From the NCBI GenBank assembly GCA_963740315.1, contig CAVUDP010000003.1:32001-96000 (forward strand): 64,000 nt of DNA, given 5' to 3'. This DNA is from an uncultured cyanobacterium (GTDB lineage Bacteria > Cyanobacteriota > Cyanobacteriia > Cyanobacteriales > Nostocaceae). A program made the position numbers and the translations under genes. The notes beneath the pieces were generated by a model. That model had not been told where the DNA came from. It was given only the letters and a program-made list of their open reading frames with translations, and did no database searches. Shown here piece after piece: positions 41,151 to 53,876 of this stretch. Position 1 is the stretch's first letter. Every line of letters starts with the position of its first letter.

Positions 41151-44100
41151 AAAGGGTTTCATCGAAACGCTAGAGAACTTAAGGGCACAGACATTCTAAT
41201 GCTTACCCAGTAATACAAAAACTAGTCAAAGCATTCTAACGCCGCACAACTAGATGCTGTAACGGCGAGATTTATTTCAACAAAATCTGGCTTCAATGAT
41301 GAACACGTTCTTATTACCGCTATGTTTTGGATGATGGAATGAAATTACCGAACGTAGAAATATAATATTAAAAGTTGAAAATTGTCTTACCTCATAACAC
41401 TGACTTTGACTTATTGTTTACAGTACTCGTACCAACCGCTATGAAATTATTTGGAAGCGCATTCAGGAGCTACGGCTCAAAGCTAAAGGACACTCACCTT
41501 GTTCGTTTTAGAAAGATACTGATGGGGATGGTTTGCCTGATGTAGGAGAGTTTACCATTGGTACAAATTATGAAAAATTGACACCGACAATGATGGAATT
41601 TCAGATGCAGGAAATCGAACAAGGATTAGAACTGAAGTCAAGGTCTCACCACGCTAATTTCAAGCTTTAACCGCGAGTGAATAAAGGAGAACAGCCGAAA
41701 GTTCCAGCACTATCACCCGCAGCCAAACTGCTTGCGTCGCTACAGGTTCCCACGGTTTAGCAAGTGTAAACGCTTCAGTTCAATAACCCATCGTCCTCGG
41801 TAACTTGACTACTCGGCGATGCTACAGATGTAGCGGTTGACACCAACTTCAAATCGCAGCAATAGCTACAATAACGGTGGTTTGCAATTGGTAGATATTT
41901 CCAATTCATGCTTCCAACCTCAGCCAAACTATTAATATTTCTGCCAATAAAGTAGAAGTTGTTGATGGTATCGCTTACGCAACTGTTGGTACTAATCTCA
42001 AAGCCATTGACTTATTAACGGGAGATGAGTTACAAGAATTAACTCTACCGGGTTTCGGTACTGTTACCGACTTAGCAAGGGAAGGAAATCATCTTTACGC
42101 TTATACCAGCGGTTCGGATACATTATCTGTAGTTGATATCACTAATCATAGCTGCTACGGTACAAGGTCAGATAAATGTTTCTATTGCTTCTTCTACAGT
42201 AGGCATATCTGTTGGTAATGGAGTTGTTTACTTAGGTGGTAGTGGCTTGCGGACGGTTGATGTTTCTGACCCATGAACCAACTTTAATTGTGATGCTGAA
42301 CAATTCTTTACTGCTAGGGATGTGACTTTAAACGGTTCAGGTTTGGCTTTAGTAGCTGCTGAAGGTCAAGGTTTATAAGCTAAAATGTAATGACCCTGCA
42401 ATACGGATAATTTCATCACTAAATTGATACTCTGGATTTACAACGATATTGCGATTGCATCGGGTATTGCTTTTGTAGCAGATGGTGCGAGCGGGTTACA
42501 GGTAATCAACTACCTCAGCTTCGATAAGCAAGTTCAAGTTCCAACGGGAATAAGTCCGCAACAGATTTAGATCTGAGGTGACGGTATTTAAGTTTTAGTT
42601 TGACTTGTTTACCATAAGTTAACGTTGAAGACGACGTACAAGTTCGGAATGTGGAACTGTTAGTTAATGGTGAAGTAGTCGGTAATGATGTTTCTTCCCC
42701 TTCGATTTAACAGCTACAGCACTCAATAGCGACCCAGAAGCGACTACGGTAGATGTCCAAGTTCGAGCTACGGATACTGGTGGTAACAGCACTCTCTCGA
42801 ATAACCTGACCTTTAATTTGGTACCGGATACTTTTGCTCCTAACGTTACCAGCACTTCTCCTAAAGCTGATGGAAGACGCAAGAATATTTCTGGTATCTC
42901 AGTCCGCTTTGACGAACCCATTGACACCGAACTCTTAGATTTGAGCGGTATCACTTTAACTAATTTGGGTGCTGATGAAGCAGTTGGTGGAGATGATGAT
43001 ACTACTGTTACTTTGCAAGGATTCCAAACCAGCGAAACCGGACGCAGTTTGTTTGTATTACCACCAGCAGATTTAACTCCTGGTAAATATCAACTGAAAA
43101 TTGACTCTAGTATTATCACTGACCGGGCAGGTAATGCTTTAACTGAAGACTTTACCTTAGACTTTATTAAGCGTCTCTCGTGACACCCCTAACTTTGGGA
43201 GAAACAATTACAGGTAGTATTTTGGAAGCTGGAGAAGATGAAATTTACACCTTTGAAGGAACAGCAGGTCAACGTCTTTACTACGACGGTATTAGTGGTA
43301 ACTTCCAAATTGATACTCGCTTAATTAGTCCTAGCACAGAGCAAGTATTATTTAACAGAAATACTGCTGACAATCTTCAACCTTTCACTTTACTAGAAAC
43401 CGGAACTTATCAATTAATAGTGGATGGTAGTGGTGATATTACAGGTGATTACAGTTTCAAATTGTTAGATTTAGCCAATGCTACTGATTTAACCTTTGAT
43501 ACCACTATTAGCGGTAGTCTTGAACCCGGACAAGAAACACAACTCTACAAATTTGAAGGAACAGCAAATCAAAAGCTTTTCTTAGAAAATAAAGGAAGTC
43601 AAACTGGTGGGTTTTTCAAACTTTACAGTCCTGAAAATCAATTACTTACTTCTACAATCTTTACACTCTCTAGAGGTATTAGAGAAATCAACCTCCCAGA
43701 AAACGGAACCTACATTTTAGCGCTAGAAGGTTTTAGTAACAAAGAAATCTTAAATTACAGTTTTTCCTTAGTTACATCAGAAATTAACACTACAGAATTA
43801 ACTTTAGGAGAAATAGTAAGTAGCAATATTTCCAAACCAGGAGAAGAAGATATTTACACCTTTGAAGGAACAGCAGGTCAAAGTCTCTACTACGACGGAA
43901 TTAGTGCTAACCTCCAAATTGACACTCGCTTAATTAGTCCTAGTGGTGAGCGAGTATTTTTCGGTAATACCATTTCTAATCGTCAACCGTTCGCTTTATT
44001 AGAAACCGGAACCTATCAATTAATTGTAGATGGTAATAGTGTAACAACAGGAGATTACAGCTTCCAATTGCTAGATTTAGCCAATGCTACTGACCTAACT

Positions 44101-44968
44101 TTGGATACCACTATTAATGGTAGTCTCGAACCCGTACAAGAAACCTTCCTTTACAAATTTGAAGGAACGGAAAATCAAAAGCTTTTTCTAGAAGATAAAG
44201 GAACTGCTAGTAGTGGTGTTTTCAGACTTTACAGTCCTGAAAATCAACAAGTAACTTCTGTGAATTTTAGAGGTAATAGAGAAATCACTCTCCCAGTAAA
44301 TGGAACTTATATCTTAGCGGTACAAGGTTTTAGTAACCAAGAAACCATAAATTACAGTTTTTCGCTAATTACATCAGAAATTACTACCACCGAATTAACT
44401 TTAGAAGAAATAGTAAATAGCACTATTTCCAAACCAGGAGAAGAAGATATTTACACCTTTAGCGGAACAGCAGGTCAAACTCTCTACTACGACGGAATTA
44501 GTGGAGACTCCCGAATTGACACTCGCTTAATTAGTCCTAGTGGTGAACAAGTATTTTTTAGTAATACTGTTTCCAAGCGTCAACCTTTCACTTTAGTAGA
44601 AACCGGAACCTATCAATTAATTGTGGATGGTAGTAGTAACATAACAGGAGATTACAGCTTCCAATTGCTAGATACTGCTTCTGCTATTGACCTAACTTTG
44701 GATACCACTATTAGCGGTAGTCTTGACTCTGGACAAAAAACCGTATTTTACAAATTCGCTAGCATAGCGGGTCAACAATTATCTTTGCAGATTTAGAAGT
44801 CAAACTGGTGGTTACTATGTACTTTACGGTTCTGGTAATCAATTGCTTTCTTCACGCAGTCTAGAAGTTCGCTTAACAAGCGTACTTTACCTAGGGATGG
44901 AATTTATTTCTTAGCAGTGCAAAGTAATAAGAATGAAGAAGTAAATTATAGTTTCCGAATTAGTTAAT
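41150..44968 (+). pseudogene. Frameshifted large extracellular protein: DTDGDG Ca-binding repeats, LVIVD-like repeats, Ig-like domain (42818-43183), tandem PPC-like repeats (43180-44796 and beyond)
   Basis: Readable fragments DTDGDGLPDVGEF, GDATDVAVD, VEVVDGIAYATVG, DIAIASGIAFVADGASGLQVINY, DRAGNAL, repeated GEEDIYTFEGTAGQ; many indels; 5' boundary uncertain. Confidence 0.7.
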
Positions 44969-45317
44969 ATTCAAAACTGCGGACTTAGGTGATGAGGTAA
45001 TTTTTGAAGTAAAAAATGCTTTCATCTTACAAAAAGTAACGTCTTCATAAATCCTAAATAGAATCACTTAAAAAGCGATTGCGTTTATATCCTCAAACGT
45101 AATCGTTTTTTTAGTTCTATAAAATTATGATTAAACAAAATATTTGTGTTAATTAAGACTATATAAATATACGTATTTTGCTAGAATAAAGCACAATGCA
45201 AAAGATTCATATGTAAGCTTATTTATTAAGATTTAGTATTCATAAATATGAGCTATTTTTGCAAAAGATAACAACATTAACCGTGAATATTTTACTCTTA
45301 ACTTCTCAATTTATATA

Positions 45318-46901
45318 ATGAAAACTCCAAAATCTCTTCAACAAAAGAACTTAAAATCTAAACTCTTCTTATTTCTATCTTCTTCAATCAGCATATTCAA
45401 TCTACCTTGCCAAGCAATGGACTTTTCCCTCCACACGTCCGACCCAGTACTGCTGTGGAACCAAGCAACTCTAGAAGCCATTAGCAACACTAACATGGGT
45501 CCCACTCCCACATCCCGCGCTTTGAGCTTAGTTAATACCAGTATTTACGATGCTTGGGCAGCCTACGACCCAGTAGCAATCGGCACTCAATTGGGCAATA
45601 CTCTCCAAGTTTCTAACGATGAAATTAATGCAGATAATAAAAGTATTGCAATTAGTCAATGCCGCATACACTACCTTATTAGACTTATTCCCCACCCAAG
45701 AAACTGCATTCACTCACCTAATGCAGCAACTGGCGGCGAGATTCTATATTTCAATCAGTGACACAATTACAGCGAGCAGAAATATAATTTACATTTAAAA
45801 ATTTTAAAATTAATTATTAACCGCGGTTCCAACCAACTAAATAATTACGCTGACACCACCAATTACCAACCAGTCAACACCTGGGATAAAATTACCGACC
45901 CCAATCGCTGGCAACCAATTAGTATAAATAACGGCAACAACGTTCAAAAATTTCTTACACCGCAATGGGGTGACGTTACCCCCTTTGCCTTAAAATCGGG
46001 GAATCAATACCTACCACCACCCCCCGCACAATTCGGAACTCAATCCTATATAGACCAAGCCCTGCAAATAATTGAATACAGCGCGTCCCTCACAGACGAA
46101 CAAAAAGTAATTGCCGAATACTGGGCAGACGGACCTCAAACCATACTACCACCAGGTCACTGGCATTTGATAGCCGAATACGTCTCCACCAGAGATAAAT
46201 TAAGCCTAGATGATAACGTTAAACTCTTCTTCAGTTTGGGTAACGCAGTATCCGATGCAGGAACTGCGGCTTGGGCGGGTAAAGAACATTACGATTATAT
46301 CCGCCCGATCTCAGCCATCCAATACTTAGCAGCAAATCATTTATTACCAAACGAGCATCCTTTAGTCCGTACTAACCCCCAAACCAACATCCAAGAAATC
46401 TATTCTTGGGCAGGTCCCGATCGAGGTTCTCAATGGATAGATGGTACAACTTGGCTACCCTACCAAAAAAGTACCTTTGTTACCCCTCCCTTTGCCGAAT
46501 GCGTATCCGGACACAGCAACTTTAGCGCTGCTGGTGCGGAAATTCTCCCCCGATTTAGCAAAAGCGATGAACTTGGTGCTTGTCATACCCAATTACCAAA
46601 TACCTCCACCTTTGAAACCAATACACCCAGCAACTCGATAAAACTTTGCTGGGATACTTTTACGAGTGCTGCGGATGAAGCTGGAATTTCTCGACTTTAC
46701 GGCGGTATCAACCGCCAGAATGGGGATATCAACGGTACGGTATTGGGACGTAAAGTCGGTGCAGCAGTTTGGGAGAAATCACAATATTATATTAACGGTG
46801 GCAAACCAGCCAAAAAAGTTCCCGAACCTTCTCCTATTGTAGGTTTATTTATATTAGCTGCTTTTGGTGTAGTGTCATTCTTTAAAAGTAATAGGCGATA
46901 A
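45318..46901 (+). pseudogene. Vanadium-dependent haloperoxidase-like (PAP2 superfamily) PEP-CTERM protein, interrupted at ~45660-45820
   Basis: N-part WNQATLEAI..GPTPTSRA..YDAWAAYD; C-part open from ~45822 (DPNRWQP, IAEYWADGP, PPGHW, K..YDYIRP, TPPFAECVSGHS, EAGISRLYGGI); VPEP-TM-basic tail. Confidence 0.8.
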
Positions 46902-46940
46902 AACCATTTTACTTTACAAATAATACGCTTTCGCTCGCTT

Positions 46941-47125
46941 GTAGGTTGGGTTAGACACGATTTACCATCTTTCGTTTATAACGCAAATTTTTAATGATCG
47001 TGTCGTAACCCAACATTACTTTATTGAGATATTTAAAAATACCCTAGAAAGAATTTGTTGGGTTACAGCGCCAATATAATTTCTTGTTGAGCATTGTTAT
47101 TCTTCGTGCGCTTAACCCAACCTAC
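46941..47125. repeat. REPIN-like element of four GTAGGTTGGGTTA/TAACCCAAC arms
   Basis: GTAGGTTGGGTTA ... TAACCCAACA ... TGTTGGGTTA ... TAACCCAACCTAC nested inverted repeats. Confidence 0.75.
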
Positions 47126-47212
47126 GAACTTAAAAAGGGGGGCTTTTATAAGTTCTATAAAAAAAACTCCTTCCCAACCTATGGAAAAGAGCATTAAAAA
47201 TTATTCTATTTA

Positions 47213-47262
47213 ACCCGCGAAGGCGGGTTTTGCTTTGTGTAGACGCGGTTTCAACCGCCGGA
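47213..47262. repeat. Double-hairpin REP-like repeat (ACCCGCGAAGGCGGGT..CGCGGTTTCAACCGC), related in layout to 84-145
   Basis: Two adjacent hairpins between convergent genes. Confidence 0.55.
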
Positions 47263-47302
47263 TTAATTAATCAACCGCCAGATTAATCAACTGCTGGATA
47301 AT

Positions 47303-48355
47303 CTAAAAAAACCACCCATAAGAGTGCAAACCTTTACCCAGCAAATTAACTCCCAAATAACAAACCCAAACCGCAACAAACCCCGTAGCCGCCAAAATCG
47401 CCGGACGACGACCTTGCCAACCCTTAGTAATCCGAGCGTGAAGATAAGCTGCAAATACTAACCAGCAAATCAATGCCCAGGTTTCTTTGGGGTCCCAACT
47501 CCAATAAGAACCCCATGCTTCATTAGCCCAAACTGCACCAGCAATGATGCCAATTGTCAAGAGGGGAAAACCCAACCCTATGATCCGATAGCTGATGTTA
47601 TCTAATGTTTCAGCAAGACTTAATCTCTGAGGAGAAAGAGTTTCTCCAGATTCGATGTTTGATTGAGAAGTTTCTAAACGCGCTGCAACTGCTGTGGCTG
47701 TTTTACCATTACTGTTGCTTTGCACCGGAGAAAAACCGTTGTTTTCAAAAGCAAATGCATTGGGTTCGGTAACTAATTCACCGGCTTTGTGCAAGCGATA
47801 ACCATTGCTGCGATAGCCACCGTTACCAACGGAACTACCTTGAAGCTGTACTGGTTTTCCTTTTGTAACGATTAGAAATGCTACGGCTATTAAAGAACCT
47901 ACCATTAAAGCCGAATAACTCAACATCATCACGCTAACGTGCATCATCAACCAGTTTGATTTGAGTGCGGGTACTAATGGTTCGGAAACTTGCATATCTG
48001 AAGGAAGCGTCAATGCTGCAAAAGCGCTGATTCCCATCGCAACGGGTGAAGTCGCAACTCCTACCAAACGGCTGCGGCTGCTGTATTCAGCAATTAAATG
48101 AACCGTGGTGATTCCCCAAGCCAAGAAAAACAAAGATTCATATAAATTGCTTAAAGGGAAATATCCGCCTTCCAACCACCTAGCACCAAGTAAAGCTGCC
48201 ATACACAAATTAGCGATCGCCATTCCAGCGGTTCCCAAACCAGCCAATATCGGTAAATTAGGAAAGGCTGCCCCCACCCAATAAATCAACATTGTGGCAA
48301 ACAGGATCGCGAAAGAGCTATTATCAAGCCAATTCTGGAGTACAACTAAATCCAT
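47303..48355 (-). CDS. ccsA: System II cytochrome c biogenesis protein CcsA (annotated CcsB in some databases)
   Basis: [36 protein letters not shown] (WWD domain), GLHSYG. Confidence 0.95.
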   Translation of the reverse strand: MDLVVLQNWLDNSSFAILFATMLIYWVGAAFPNLPILAGLGTAGMAIANLCMAALLGARWLEGGYFPLSNLYESLFFLAWGITTVHLIAEYSSRSRLVGVATSPVAMGISAFAALTLPSDMQVSEPLVPALKSNWLMMHVSVMMLSYSALMVGSLIAVAFLIVTKGKPVQLQGSSVGNGGYRSNGYRLHKAGELVTEPNAFAFENNGFSPVQSNSNGKTATAVAARLETSQSNIESGETLSPQRLSLAETLDNISYRIIGLGFPLLTIGIIAGAVWANEAWGSYWSWDPKETWALICWLVFAAYLHARITKGWQGRRPAILAATGFVAVWVCYLGVNLLGKGLHSYGWFF

Positions 48356-48481
48356 GAAGTGTTCTCCCCATTTTGATTACTATAATTTTTAATCTTACTT
48401 TTAAACCCTTATCTCGAAGAGGCAGCCATCAATTAAGATTTCTACCTCTTCTAGCTTATCTTTAATTTGTCTTTTGCTAAC

Positions 48482-50221
48482 CTACTCCCTGTTCTGTTTA
48501 GGACTCGGAAGCGTAGCTGGTTTCTCACCTTTCTTCAGTTTCAGTAGAATATCATAACGAGTAGTGCGACTATCGCTTACCCTACTTGTTACACCAATTG
48601 AATTAATTGAGTTAAGAAAACTTTCACTATTCGGAAACAAAGCAGGTAAAGATAAGTTTTTCGCTGCACCTTCCACATCAAAGAAAAACTGAGTGTCGAT
48701 CGGATTAACTTCTTTTGGTACTGCTTTCTGAAATGATGGGGCGTTAGCTAAAATATTTTTTGGTTTGGGAATTATTTTATTAGTTACGGGAGTTCCCAAA
48801 GTCAGAAAAGCAATGTCTTCATTTAACCAACCGCGTGTAGCAGTTAAAGTTCCCGAAGGTCCAATCCATTTCACTACAGGTATTTCCCCTACGTCCGACT
48901 CTTTGATTTTGAACTGGTACTGAGTTCTCATTGCGTCATCTAATTGTTTTAAAGACGCTTCCGCTTTCAGGCGGTCGCTAGCCTGTACCATAAATACTAC
49001 AGCGGCGCGAACGTCTTCAGGAGACTCTTTTGGAGCATCGGGAACTATAGATACGACAAATTCGCCCCCCATCCAGCTAAGTAAATCTCGATCCAAATCC
49101 AAACCGCTAATGTCTTTAAAACCACTTCTCATTTCTTCTGGTTTAAGTGGTGCAAGGGGATTTTTCTGCGAAGTTAAAACGTAATCAGCCCATAACCGAC
49201 GCAGATTGCCACCAGAAAACATCATCAAAGTATCGGCTGGTAAGCGAGAAGTCATGGTAGTAGCTTTGTTTTCTACCGCTAGCATTCGTCTGCTGTTGGG
49301 TTTTAACCAAGATACTCCTTTTAAACGCAGTCCTTGAGATTCTAAACTGATAGTTCCCGCTAAACCTTGATTATTTTTTAGTTGTGCTAAAACTTGGGCG
49401 GGTAAGCGAGTTTTATTAGAAGTTGTCCCCGCAATTGCAGCCGCAGACGGAATGTTGACGTAAAACTGAGCCAGGGGTTGATAAGTGGCGATTTGGGGTA
49501 TGTGTTTGGCAAAACCAACACCATTGGCTAATGTTGCTTTGCTTTTATAAGCTTTAATTGTTCTTTCTGTAGCTTTAGGATTATCTGCAATTACTAAAAA
49601 ACGTTGTTCTATAACTGCTGTAGATAACTTTTCCCCTGAAGTTGATTCTGCTTCTTTGATCGTAATGCCTTGATACTCGCGCTCAACCCATTCCCCTTTA
49701 AGGGCTTTTGGTTGTGCAAAGGCTGTTTTAATTTTATTTTGATCTTTAATTGGTAAAACCATTACCAGCGACTGTTCGACAGTGGCTAATTTACCATCGC
49801 TAGCTACTGGTTTAGATGCGCGAGTAGGGGCTTGGGGGGCTAAAATTGCCACAGTTATTTGATCCCCAACCCAAGGGCTTACATCTTTTTCAAAATCAAA
49901 CCCTTCTTTTGCCAGAAAGCGATCGCGTAGCTGAACTAAATTTTTGTCCAGTGCGCCTTGACTTTGTTTACTTCCAAAAGAACGAAGTTTTTCCCATTGA
50001 TTAGAATCCGTGCTTAAAGAAACCGTAAATAGGGCATCTTGGGGAATAATATTAGCACCTACAGGCAAATCTCTGGACAAAGGTTTTCCAGTCGTCAAAA
50101 GCCAGTAAGCCGCTATCCCACCACCAATTAATAAACCCGCCCCAGAAAGAGTTAAAACTAAAGACGGTTTCTTTTTTTTCTTACCAGAAATAGACACGAC
50201 AGGCAGTGTCATTGAAACCAA
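48482..50221 (-). CDS. DUF3352-family membrane-anchored protein
   Basis: N-terminal TM, GANIIPQDA, DVSPWVG, DLLSWMGGE. Confidence 0.75.
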   Translation of the reverse strand: MVSMTLPVVSISGKKKKKPSLVLTLSGAGLLIGGGIAAYWLLTTGKPLSRDLPVGANIIPQDALFTVSLSTDSNQWEKLRSFGSKQSQGALDKNLVQLRDRFLAKEGFDFEKDVSPWVGDQITVAILAPQAPTRASKPVASDGKLATVEQSLVMVLPIKDQNKIKTAFAQPKALKGEWVEREYQGITIKEAESTSGEKLSTAVIEQRFLVIADNPKATERTIKAYKSKATLANGVGFAKHIPQIATYQPLAQFYVNIPSAAAIAGTTSNKTRLPAQVLAQLKNNQGLAGTISLESQGLRLKGVSWLKPNSRRMLAVENKATTMTSRLPADTLMMFSGGNLRRLWADYVLTSQKNPLAPLKPEEMRSGFKDISGLDLDRDLLSWMGGEFVVSIVPDAPKESPEDVRAAVVFMVQASDRLKAEASLKQLDDAMRTQYQFKIKESDVGEIPVVKWIGPSGTLTATRGWLNEDIAFLTLGTPVTNKIIPKPKNILANAPSFQKAVPKEVNPIDTQFFFDVEGAAKNLSLPALFPNSESFLNSINSIGVTSRVSDSRTTRYDILLKLKKGEKPATLPSPKQNRE

Positions 50222-51129
50222 TACCTCATAAAACCGAACTTTTCAATTACTTTATAGAAAACAGCTAACCAAAAATTATCCTTTATATCTAGGGTTGCCG
50301 ATCGCATTTGAGAAAATTATTCTCACCGTTGGAATACTACTGTTGCTATCAAATTGCCATTAGCAGTTAATCAGATTTTTCTGTATTTAATTCTAAATTA
50401 TGTAGTCAGAATTACAAAATTCCGATTATTTCTCTTATCTGTGGTAATTTCGCGTTGAAATTTACCTCTCGAGCAAGTTTAACACTACTATTACAATCAA
50501 AGACTACCATTATTTAAAAGCTGCTCGATCGGACTACTTACCATATATAAGATTCCTCTATAAAATTTTGTATGCCTTACGGGCACGCACAAAAAAAACA
50601 GCATATTTTCTGTTCCCTGTTAAGAGTTCCCTATTTCCTATTCCCCTCAACCTTATCTAAACCAGTAATTTTATGAATGAAACCGGATTCTTATAGATAA
50701 AACAATAATTTTTTTGTAATTGATTCATTTTTGGATGCTGGTCTAAAGTTTGTGATACCTTAAAAATAATGTTTTTCCTTAATATTCAAGAAGTATTTTA
50801 GATTTCAAAATTATCTTTATCAGATTAAGAGTTACATAAGGCGCGATCGCACTTCAGCAGTTTAAGGATTTAACTCAATCTTTCTGTCAGTCCTACACTT
50901 TAAAGTTATAAGCTAACTTTGAAAAAAATATTGTACAAACTGCCATTAGCTATTACATTTTTATTGCTTATTTGCAGAATATTCAATTAGGGGCAAGACC
51001 CCCTATTAAACTGCAATACTAAGTTTCAGGTGAAAATAATTAGTTTTTTGTAGAAGAATAAGGAGCAAATTTGCTTCTTGAAACTCCCCATCCGTCAATG
51101 TCCAAGGATTCTGAACTGATAAAATACGA

Positions 51130-51738
51130 CTAAACTTGAGTCTCACCCAAATATTTAATTAAATAAGGCGAAAAAACCTCATAAATCAACGTTAAAGGCT
51201 CTCCGTGATGCCAAAATAAATAGTGTCTTCCCCAAAAAGGACCTTTTTGATTAAATCCTAATTCCAACGCCGGAGAATAACCGTAGTAAATACCTTGAAC
51301 ATCCCGATACAGTTCAGTACGAAGACGCGCTAAACTCGCCCAAATCGGTAACGAACGATTTTGTAAATATTCATCTACGTGAGACGCTTCCCACCATGAG
51401 GTTGCATACGCCAAAAGTTGACCCGAAGCAGTACGCAACCAAACCTGTCTTCGCAGTCTAGGTCCGGGTACCACTTGAATTAAATCGGGGGCACCATCGG
51501 AATCCATGCCAATTAATGACATATCAATCACATCTACTTCCGTAGGTTCACCCGTAAGTAATTTCAAATGTCGCGTAGGAGAACCATCACCCAATAGCAA
51601 CAACTGCCAAGCCGGTGCTAACTGACTATGAGGTAAACCTTGTCCAATTACCTCTTCTCCACCCTGCCAAATAGTATTTAATCTATGCCACGAGCAAGTC
51701 AAAGTTAAATCGTCGCTTTCTGAAAAAGTTGCAGTCAA
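51130..51738 (-). CDS. ubiC: Chorismate lyase (cyanobacterial UbiC/Ycf21, DUF98)
   Basis: LLLGDGSPTRHL, RRQVWL, FWGRHY, IYEVFSP. Confidence 0.85.
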   Translation of the reverse strand: MTATFSESDDLTLTCSWHRLNTIWQGGEEVIGQGLPHSQLAPAWQLLLLGDGSPTRHLKLLTGEPTEVDVIDMSLIGMDSDGAPDLIQVVPGPRLRRQVWLRTASGQLLAYATSWWEASHVDEYLQNRSLPIWASLARLRTELYRDVQGIYYGYSPALELGFNQKGPFWGRHYLFWHHGEPLTLIYEVFSPYLIKYLGETQV

Positions 51739-51999
51739 TGCTCTGCTCTTAACAATACTTTACTTATTTCTATCAAAGCACAAAATATCAGTCCAAAACA
51801 ATTAGCAATTGGTAATTTTGTTTAGCTGAATTGAAGCGTAAATCCGATCGTAACTGGTTCAGACTAAAAATACTTTTGGAAGAATGTCCCACTATCCGCA
51901 CTAGAGGGTGAATATACTCTTACGAATCATCCCACTTTTTGCAAGCTGAGTGCGAGACAATTCCAAACAAACTCGCGATCGCAATTTTCCAATTAAAAA

Positions 52000-52081
52000 T
52001 GCGGATGGCGAGACTCGAACTCGCAAGGCAAAAGCCACACGCCCCTCAAGCGTGCGCGTATACCAATTCCGCCACATCCGC
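52000..52081 (-). tRNA. trnL: tRNA-Leu(GAG)
   Basis: GCGGATG acceptor stem, GGAATTGGTA D-loop, CACGC-TTGAGGG-GCGTG anticodon arm, long variable arm, GTTCGAGTC T-loop. Confidence 0.96.
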
Positions 52082-52522
52082 ATGAATTATCTTTATTTCT
52101 CTAGAGAGTATAGCATGACAAAAGAAATATAGTGCGAAAATAGTAAATTCCCCAAAATTGATTGTTGAAATGCCGTCCTTTTTACCAAATTGGGATAACT
52201 GGCTGACAGAAATTTGATAAAACACGAGTCATATTAAGAACAGTTGTACAATAACCCCGTAAAAGTGCTTCTTGCGTGTCAGTATCAACTTACCCTGGGA
52301 TGCATATAATCAATCTCTCTATGTTATTTCTTAATACCGATCGCGTTAACTTAGTTAAACAATCTACTTAAAATGCCTTATGGGTAGTTGTAGTTCGTCA
52401 TAGCCGAGGGTTGTGCAAACAGGTTTCATAGTCGGTCAAATTCTGAAACAAAGCAAAAGTCTTATTCCAGATTTGGCAGTTCGTCCATGTGAATTGATAG
52501 GAATGATATAGAAAATACAAAC

Positions 52523-53875
52523 ATGAAATTTGACAAAATATTAATTGCTAATCGAGGGGAAATAGCACTTCGCGTTCTCCGTGCTTGTGAAGAAATGGGA
52601 ATTGCGACTGTTGCAGTACATTCTAATATCGATCGCAATGCTCTTCACGTACAGCTTGCTGATGAAGCGGTTTGTATTGGCGACGCTGCAAGCAGTAAGA
52701 GTTATTTGAATATTCCTAATATTATTGCAGCTGCATTAACGCGCAACGCCAGCGCAATTCATCCCGGCTATGGGTTTTTGGCGGAAAATGCCCGTTTCGC
52801 GGAAATCTGTGCCGACCATCATATCGCTTTTATTGGTGCTTCACCCGAAGCAATTCGGAAGATGGGGGATAAATCAACGGCGAAGGAAACCATGCAAAAA
52901 GCAGGTGTTCCGACGGTACCCGGTAGCGATGGTTTGCTGGCTTCTGAGGAAGAAGGATTAAAAAATGCCGGTGAAATCGGCTATCCGGTGATGATTAAAG
53001 CTACAGCTGGTGGTGGTGGAAGAGGTATGCGTCTGGTGCGATCGCCAGATGAATTTGCAAAATCTTTTCGAGCCGCACAGGGGGAAGCGGAAGCGGCATT
53101 TGGGAATGGGGGAGTTTATCTCGAAAAATTTATCGAACGTCCCCGCCATATTGAAATTCAGATTTTAGCAGACAATTACGGTAATGTGATTCATTTGGGC
53201 GAGCGTGATTGTTCGATTCAGCGACGCAATCAAAAACTTTTAGAAGAAGCGCCAAGTCCGGCACTTAATGATGAATTACGCTCTTTAATGGGAGAAGCTG
53301 CGGTTAACGCCGCTAAATTCATTAATTACAATGGTGCGGGTACGGTAGAGTTTTTGCTCGATAATAAGGGCGATTTCTACTTTATGGAAATGAACACCCG
53401 GATTCAAGTTGAGCATCCCGTCACGGAAATGATTACCGGAATTGATTTGGTTGCCGAACAAATCCGCATTGCGATGGGAGAAAAACTCAGTCTTACTCAA
53501 GACCAAGTTGTTCTGCGGGGTCATGCGATTGAATGCCGCATCAACGCTGAAGATCCCGACCATGATTTTCGTCCTTGTCCCGGACGTATCAGCGGCTATC
53601 TTCCCCCTGGAGGTCCTGGTGTTCGTATTGATTCCCACATTTACACCGATTACCAGATTCCTCCTTACTACGACTCGTTAATCGCAAAGTTAATTGTATG
53701 GGGTCCCGATCGTCCGACCGCAATCAATCGCATGAAACGAGCTTTAAGGGAGTGTGCGATTACTGGAGTGACCACGACCGTTGGCTTTCATCAAAAAGTT
53801 ATGGATATTCCGCAGTTTTTAGAAGGTAATGTCTACACCAGTTTTATACAGGATATGAAGGAAACAAAAGCTTAA
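52523..53875 (+). CDS. accC: Acetyl-CoA carboxylase biotin carboxylase
   Basis: [50 protein letters not shown]. Confidence 0.97.
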   Translation: MKFDKILIANRGEIALRVLRACEEMGIATVAVHSNIDRNALHVQLADEAVCIGDAASSKSYLNIPNIIAAALTRNASAIHPGYGFLAENARFAEICADHHIAFIGASPEAIRKMGDKSTAKETMQKAGVPTVPGSDGLLASEEEGLKNAGEIGYPVMIKATAGGGGRGMRLVRSPDEFAKSFRAAQGEAEAAFGNGGVYLEKFIERPRHIEIQILADNYGNVIHLGERDCSIQRRNQKLLEEAPSPALNDELRSLMGEAAVNAAKFINYNGAGTVEFLLDNKGDFYFMEMNTRIQVEHPVTEMITGIDLVAEQIRIAMGEKLSLTQDQVVLRGHAIECRINAEDPDHDFRPCPGRISGYLPPGGPGVRIDSHIYTDYQIPPYYDSLIAKLIVWGPDRPTAINRMKRALRECAITGVTTTVGFHQKVMDIPQFLEGNVYTSFIQDMKETKA

Positions 53876-53876
53876 C

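Noticed and set aside
51739..52081. Island integrated at tRNA-Leu
   Set aside because: No integrase and no duplicated tRNA-Leu 3' end seen; flanking genes are core
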